Of a stretch of 32,000 nt of DNA, positions 28,581 through 32,000 are shown piece after piece; the first letter of the stretch is position 1; each line of letters begins with the position of its first letter. A program made the position numbers and the translations under genes. Location of the stretch: NCBI RefSeq assembly GCF_964059055.1, contig NZ_OZ060386.1:60001-92000 (forward strand), in the 5' to 3' direction. A model generated the notes under the pieces. It had not been told where the DNA came from, ran no database searches, and saw only the letters and a program-made list of their open reading frames with translations. Source of the DNA: Buchnera aphidicola (Neophyllaphis podocarpi). GTDB lineage: Bacteria; Pseudomonadota; Gammaproteobacteria; Enterobacterales; Enterobacteriaceae.

Positions 28581-28591
28581 AGGGCACTGTA

Positions 28592-29488
28592 ATGTTACAT
28601 AAAAATCGTTTAAGAATTGCTATGCAAAAATCTGGACGTTTAAGTAGTGAATCTTTTGATTTATTATATAGATGCGGGATTAAAATAAATTTACAACAAC
28701 GCTTAATTTCTTTTTCTGAAAATATGCCAATTGATGTTATGAGAGTTAGAGATGATGATATACCTGGTTTAGTTATTGATGGAGTAGTAGATCTAGGTAT
28801 AGTTGGTAAAAATGTATTAGAAGAAGAATTATTAAGTCGAAATATTAGTTCTATTAAAAATTCTTATCATTTATTAAGTAAACTAGATTTTGGTATTTGT
28901 AGATTATCTTTAGCTATTCCTATTAATCAAAATTATACAGGTCCTTCATATTTAAATAATTTGCGTATAGCTACTTCTTATCCTTTTTTACTAAAAAAAT
29001 ATTTAGATAAATATAATATTAATTTTCAATCTTGTATGTTAAATGGTTCTGTTGAAATAGCTCCTAGAGCTGGATTAGCAGATGCTATATGTGATTTAGT
29101 ATCTACTGGAGCTACTTTAGAATCTAATGGATTAAAAGAAGTTGAAGTTATTTATAAATCATACGCTTGTTTAATTTGTAAATCTGGTCAAATATCTAAT
29201 AATAAACAAAATATTATTAATACTTTAATGACTAGAATTAAAGGTGTAATAAAAGCTAGAGAATCAAAATATATAATGCTACATGCTCCTATCGATAGAT
29301 TGAATGATGTTGTTAATTTATTACATGGAGCAGAAAAACCTACTATTTTGAAACTAGCTGGAGATAAGAACAAAGTAGCTATGCACATGGTAAGTAGCGA
29401 AACTCTTTTTTGGGAAACAATGGAAAAATTAAAATTATTGGGAGCTAGTTCTATCTTGGTATTACCTATTGAAAAAATGATGGAGTAA
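28592..29488 (+). CDS. hisG: ATP phosphoribosyltransferase (long form)
   Basis: The 298-aa product has [46 protein letters not shown] and the C-terminal regulatory domain. It is followed by hisD, hisC and hisB. Confidence 0.96.
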   Translation: MLHKNRLRIAMQKSGRLSSESFDLLYRCGIKINLQQRLISFSENMPIDVMRVRDDDIPGLVIDGVVDLGIVGKNVLEEELLSRNISSIKNSYHLLSKLDFGICRLSLAIPINQNYTGPSYLNNLRIATSYPFLLKKYLDKYNINFQSCMLNGSVEIAPRAGLADAICDLVSTGATLESNGLKEVEVIYKSYACLICKSGQISNNKQNIINTLMTRIKGVIKARESKYIMLHAPIDRLNDVVNLLHGAEKPTILKLAGDKNKVAMHMVSSETLFWETMEKLKLLGASSILVLPIEKMME

Positions 29489-29491
29489 TTT

Positions 29492-30793
29492 GTGGATATT
29501 TTAGATATTATTTTGTGGAATAAATATGAATTAAAAAATAAAGAAAAATTTTTTAATAGACCTTTTTTATCAAAATCTGATATTACAACAGATATTGTAA
29601 ATAAAATTATAGAAGATGTTAAAAAATCTGGTGATGTTGCTTTATTTCATTATAGTAATATTTTTGATAAATTTAATAAAACAAATTTTAAAGTAAAAAA
29701 AAGCAGAATAAATAATATAGATAATTATATTGATTGTAATGTTAAAATTGCAATACAACATTCTTTAAAAAATATAAAAAAGTTTCATTTAAAGCAAAAA
29801 AAATATAATTTAGATATTGAAATTGAACCAGGTGTACGTTGCCAGCATATGGTTACTCCTATTGAATCTGTTGGATTATATGTTCCAGGAGGTAATTTTC
29901 CTTTAGTTTCTACTATTCTCATGTTAGCTATACCTGCTAATATAGCAGGTTGTAAAAATATAGTTATGTGTTCTCCTCCTCCTATTAATGATTTTTTAGT
30001 TTATGCAGCTAAAATATGCGGGGTTACTAAAATTTATGAAATAGGAGGAGCTCAAGCTATAGCTGCTTTAGCAATTGGTACTAAAAGTATACCTAAAGTA
30101 AATAAAATATTTGGTCCTGGCAATATTTATGTAACAGAAGCTAAAATTCAAGTAAATAATTCTGGTATTGGGGTTTCTATAGATATGCCTGCTGGTCCTT
30201 CTGAAGTATTAATTATTGCTGATAAATTTGCGAATTCTTCATTTATTGCTTCAGACTTTTTATCTCAATTGGAACATGGTATTTATTCTCAAGCTATTTT
30301 ATTGACTGATAATATTAATCTCGCACAAAATGTTAAATTAGAAATAAAAAAACAGATTACCTCTTTATCTAATTATAAAATAATATTACAATCTTTAAAA
30401 AATAGTTTTATTATAGTTACTGATAATATACATTCTTGTATAAATATATCTAATCGTTATTGTCCGGAACATTTGATTATACAAACTAGAAATCCTAGAG
30501 ATATATTAAAATTTATTTATAATGCAGGATCTATATTTTTAGGTGACTGGTCTCCTGAGTCTGCTGGTGACTATGCTTCAGGTACTAATCATGTTTTACC
30601 TACTTATGGTTATGCTTCTTCTTATTCAGGGATTAGTCTGTGTGATTTTCAAAAAAGAATTAGTGTTCAAGAATTAACTTCAGATGGTTTATTAAATTTA
30701 TCTAAAACTATAAAAATATTATCTAAATTAGAAAATATGGATGCTCATACTAATTCTATTGATATAAGGTTATCTTCTTTAAAGGTTAAATAG
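29492..30793 (+). CDS. hisD: Histidinol dehydrogenase
   Basis: The 433-aa product uses a GTG start 3 nt after the hisG stop. It has GLYVPGG, IGGAQAIAALA, IFGPGNIYVTEAK, DMPAGPSEVL, SQLEHG, PEHLII and GDYASGTNHVLPT. Confidence 0.96.
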   Translation: MDILDIILWNKYELKNKEKFFNRPFLSKSDITTDIVNKIIEDVKKSGDVALFHYSNIFDKFNKTNFKVKKSRINNIDNYIDCNVKIAIQHSLKNIKKFHLKQKKYNLDIEIEPGVRCQHMVTPIESVGLYVPGGNFPLVSTILMLAIPANIAGCKNIVMCSPPPINDFLVYAAKICGVTKIYEIGGAQAIAALAIGTKSIPKVNKIFGPGNIYVTEAKIQVNNSGIGVSIDMPAGPSEVLIIADKFANSSFIASDFLSQLEHGIYSQAILLTDNINLAQNVKLEIKKQITSLSNYKIILQSLKNSFIIVTDNIHSCINISNRYCPEHLIIQTRNPRDILKFIYNAGSIFLGDWSPESAGDYASGTNHVLPTYGYASSYSGISLCDFQKRISVQELTSDGLLNLSKTIKILSKLENMDAHTNSIDIRLSSLKVK

Positions 30794-31894
30794 ATGAATG
30801 TAAATTTATTAAAGTTAGCTCGTAAAAATATTCAAACTTTGATTCCATATCAATCAGCTCGTTTAATTGGAGGAAAAGGTAATATTTTTTTGAATGCTAA
30901 TGAATCTCCTAATTCTGAATCTTTTAGTCTTACAAACAAAGTATTTAATCGTTATCCAGAATGCCAGCCAAAAGAAATTTTGTCTGTATATTCTAAATAT
31001 ATATCTTTACCATTAAATAATATTTTAGTTACCAGAGGTTCTGATGAATCTATAGAACTATTAATTAAAACTTTTTGTGAACCTTATAAAGATTCAATTA
31101 TGTTTTTTCCTCCTACCTATGATATGTATCATATAAGTGCAAAGATTTTAGGTATAAATGCAGTAATTATACCTAAATTGTCAAACTTTCAGTTAAATTT
31201 AAAACTGATAGAATCTAATTCTAATTCAGTAAAATTAATTTATATATGTAATCCTAATAATCCTACTGGAAATATTATAAGACATAAAGATATAATATTT
31301 ATTTTAAAATTATTTGAATTTAAAGCTCTAGTTGTAATTGATGAAGCATATATTGATTTTTGTTCAGAAAATAGTATGTTAAAATATTTAGATAAATATC
31401 CAAATTTAGTTATTTTAAGAACTTTATCTAAAGCATTTGCTTTGGCTGGATTGAGATGTGGTTTTACATTGGCTAATAAAAATATAATTTTTTTACTTAG
31501 AAAAGTTATAGCTCCTTATCCTTTATCTTCTCCAGTTATAGATATTGTTAATCAGGCTTTTAGTTCTAAAAATATTTTAATAACAAAAAAAAGAATTTTA
31601 CAATTAAATTATAATAGACTTTTTCTAGTAAAAGAGTTAAATAAATTTGATTTTATAGAAAATATATTTAATAGTTATGCTAATTATATATTAGTAAAAT
31701 TTATAAATGCTAATAGAATTTTGAGATTTTTGCAGAATAAAGGAATAGTTTTGCGTAATCAAAGTACCAAATTAAACTTAAATAATTGTATAAGAATTTC
31801 TATAGGAACTTTATTAGAATGCAAAAATTTAATAAAAATATTTAATTTATATAAAACATTTTTATATAAAGATAAGGATATAAACTGTGAGTAA
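30794..31894 (+). CDS. hisC: Histidinol-phosphate aminotransferase
   Basis: The 366-aa product has an ATG that directly abuts the hisD TAG. It has [26 protein letters not shown] and [13 protein letters not shown] (the PLP-lysine region). Confidence 0.95.
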   Translation: MNVNLLKLARKNIQTLIPYQSARLIGGKGNIFLNANESPNSESFSLTNKVFNRYPECQPKEILSVYSKYISLPLNNILVTRGSDESIELLIKTFCEPYKDSIMFFPPTYDMYHISAKILGINAVIIPKLSNFQLNLKLIESNSNSVKLIYICNPNNPTGNIIRHKDIIFILKLFEFKALVVIDEAYIDFCSENSMLKYLDKYPNLVILRTLSKAFALAGLRCGFTLANKNIIFLLRKVIAPYPLSSPVIDIVNQAFSSKNILITKKRILQLNYNRLFLVKELNKFDFIENIFNSYANYILVKFINANRILRFLQNKGIVLRNQSTKLNLNNCIRISIGTLLECKNLIKIFNLYKTFLYKDKDINCE

Positions 31895-32000
31895 AAATTT
31901 TTTATTTATAGATCGCGATGGAACTTTAATAAAAGAGCCTTTGCATACTTTACAAGTAGACAAGATAGAAAAATTAGAACTTGAATCAAATGTAATTCCT
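31887..32000 (+). CDS. hisB: Bifunctional histidinol-phosphatase / imidazoleglycerol-phosphate dehydratase, N-terminal 38 codons (runs off the window end)
   Basis: From the GTG at 31887 the sequence reads [38 protein letters not shown], matching E. coli His[39 protein letters not shown]. It overlaps the hisC end by 8 nt. Confidence 0.92.
   Translation, partial: MSKNFLFIDRDGTLIKEPLHTLQVDKIEKLELESNVIP

Noticed and set aside
711-29388. Other ORF-track entries embedded antisense in well-supported genes: 711..914, 1794..2021, 2061..2519, 5801..6169, 8048..8242, 8429..8614, 9224..9466, 10170..10508, 18940..19512, 24171..24392, 25916..26221 and 29188..29388
   Set aside because: Each lies wholly or almost wholly inside a gene with strong homology on the other strand. 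Their products are low-complexity and rich in F, I, L and S, as expected from the antisense of AT-rich coding DNA. None has a recognisable motif or RBS.
1-32000. Window-wide search for CRISPR arrays, IS elements or transposases, integrases, phage genes, toxin-antitoxin pairs, defence islands or any cluster of unassignable ORFs that could be an undescribed system
   Set aside because: Every ORF of meaningful length has a confident housekeeping assignment. There are no interspersed direct-repeat arrays and no terminal inverted repeats flanking a gene. The only compositional anomalies are the tRNAs, rnpB and the small islands listed in the findings. I found no evidence for a multi-gene novel system.

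Overview
This window is very AT-rich (roughly one-fifth G+C by eye), tightly packed housekeeping DNA from a reduced gammaproteobacterial insect endosymbiont. Gene content and order match what I recall for Buchnera aphidicola, and most blocks are collinear with E. coli: rpoD-dnaG-rpsU / tsaD-folB / ribB / hldE / cca / uppP / crr-ptsI-ptsH / ligA / tRNA-Lys+Val / gltX / rpmG-rpmB / ppa / pmbA / rnpB / rsmI / fabB / talA-tktB / dapE / dapA / aroC / smrB / hisGDCB. I can support 30 protein genes (two cut by the window edges), 2 tRNAs, RNase P RNA, one in-gene tandem repeat and several intergenic hairpins. I see no CRISPR array, IS or transposon, phage, integrase, toxin-antitoxin or defence-like module, and no undescribed multi-gene system, so I am not claiming one. 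The items worth a second look are small. (1) A GC-rich island with free-living-enterobacterium codon usage spans the rpoD translation start. (2) A perfect 83-bp palindrome with a terminator-like core lies in the divergent ptsH-ligA spacer. (3) An A9 tract puts the SD-preceded ligA ATG out of frame with the rest of the gene. (4) A perfect 26-bp-arm hairpin sits where the his leader/attenuator should be. (5) hldE is reduced to its kinase domain and is followed by a 353-bp AT desert. (6) rpoD carries a perfect 42-bp tandem duplication. (7) cca has an apparently degenerate HD domain. All homology calls come from my reading of the translations against remembered E. coli proteins; no database search was run.
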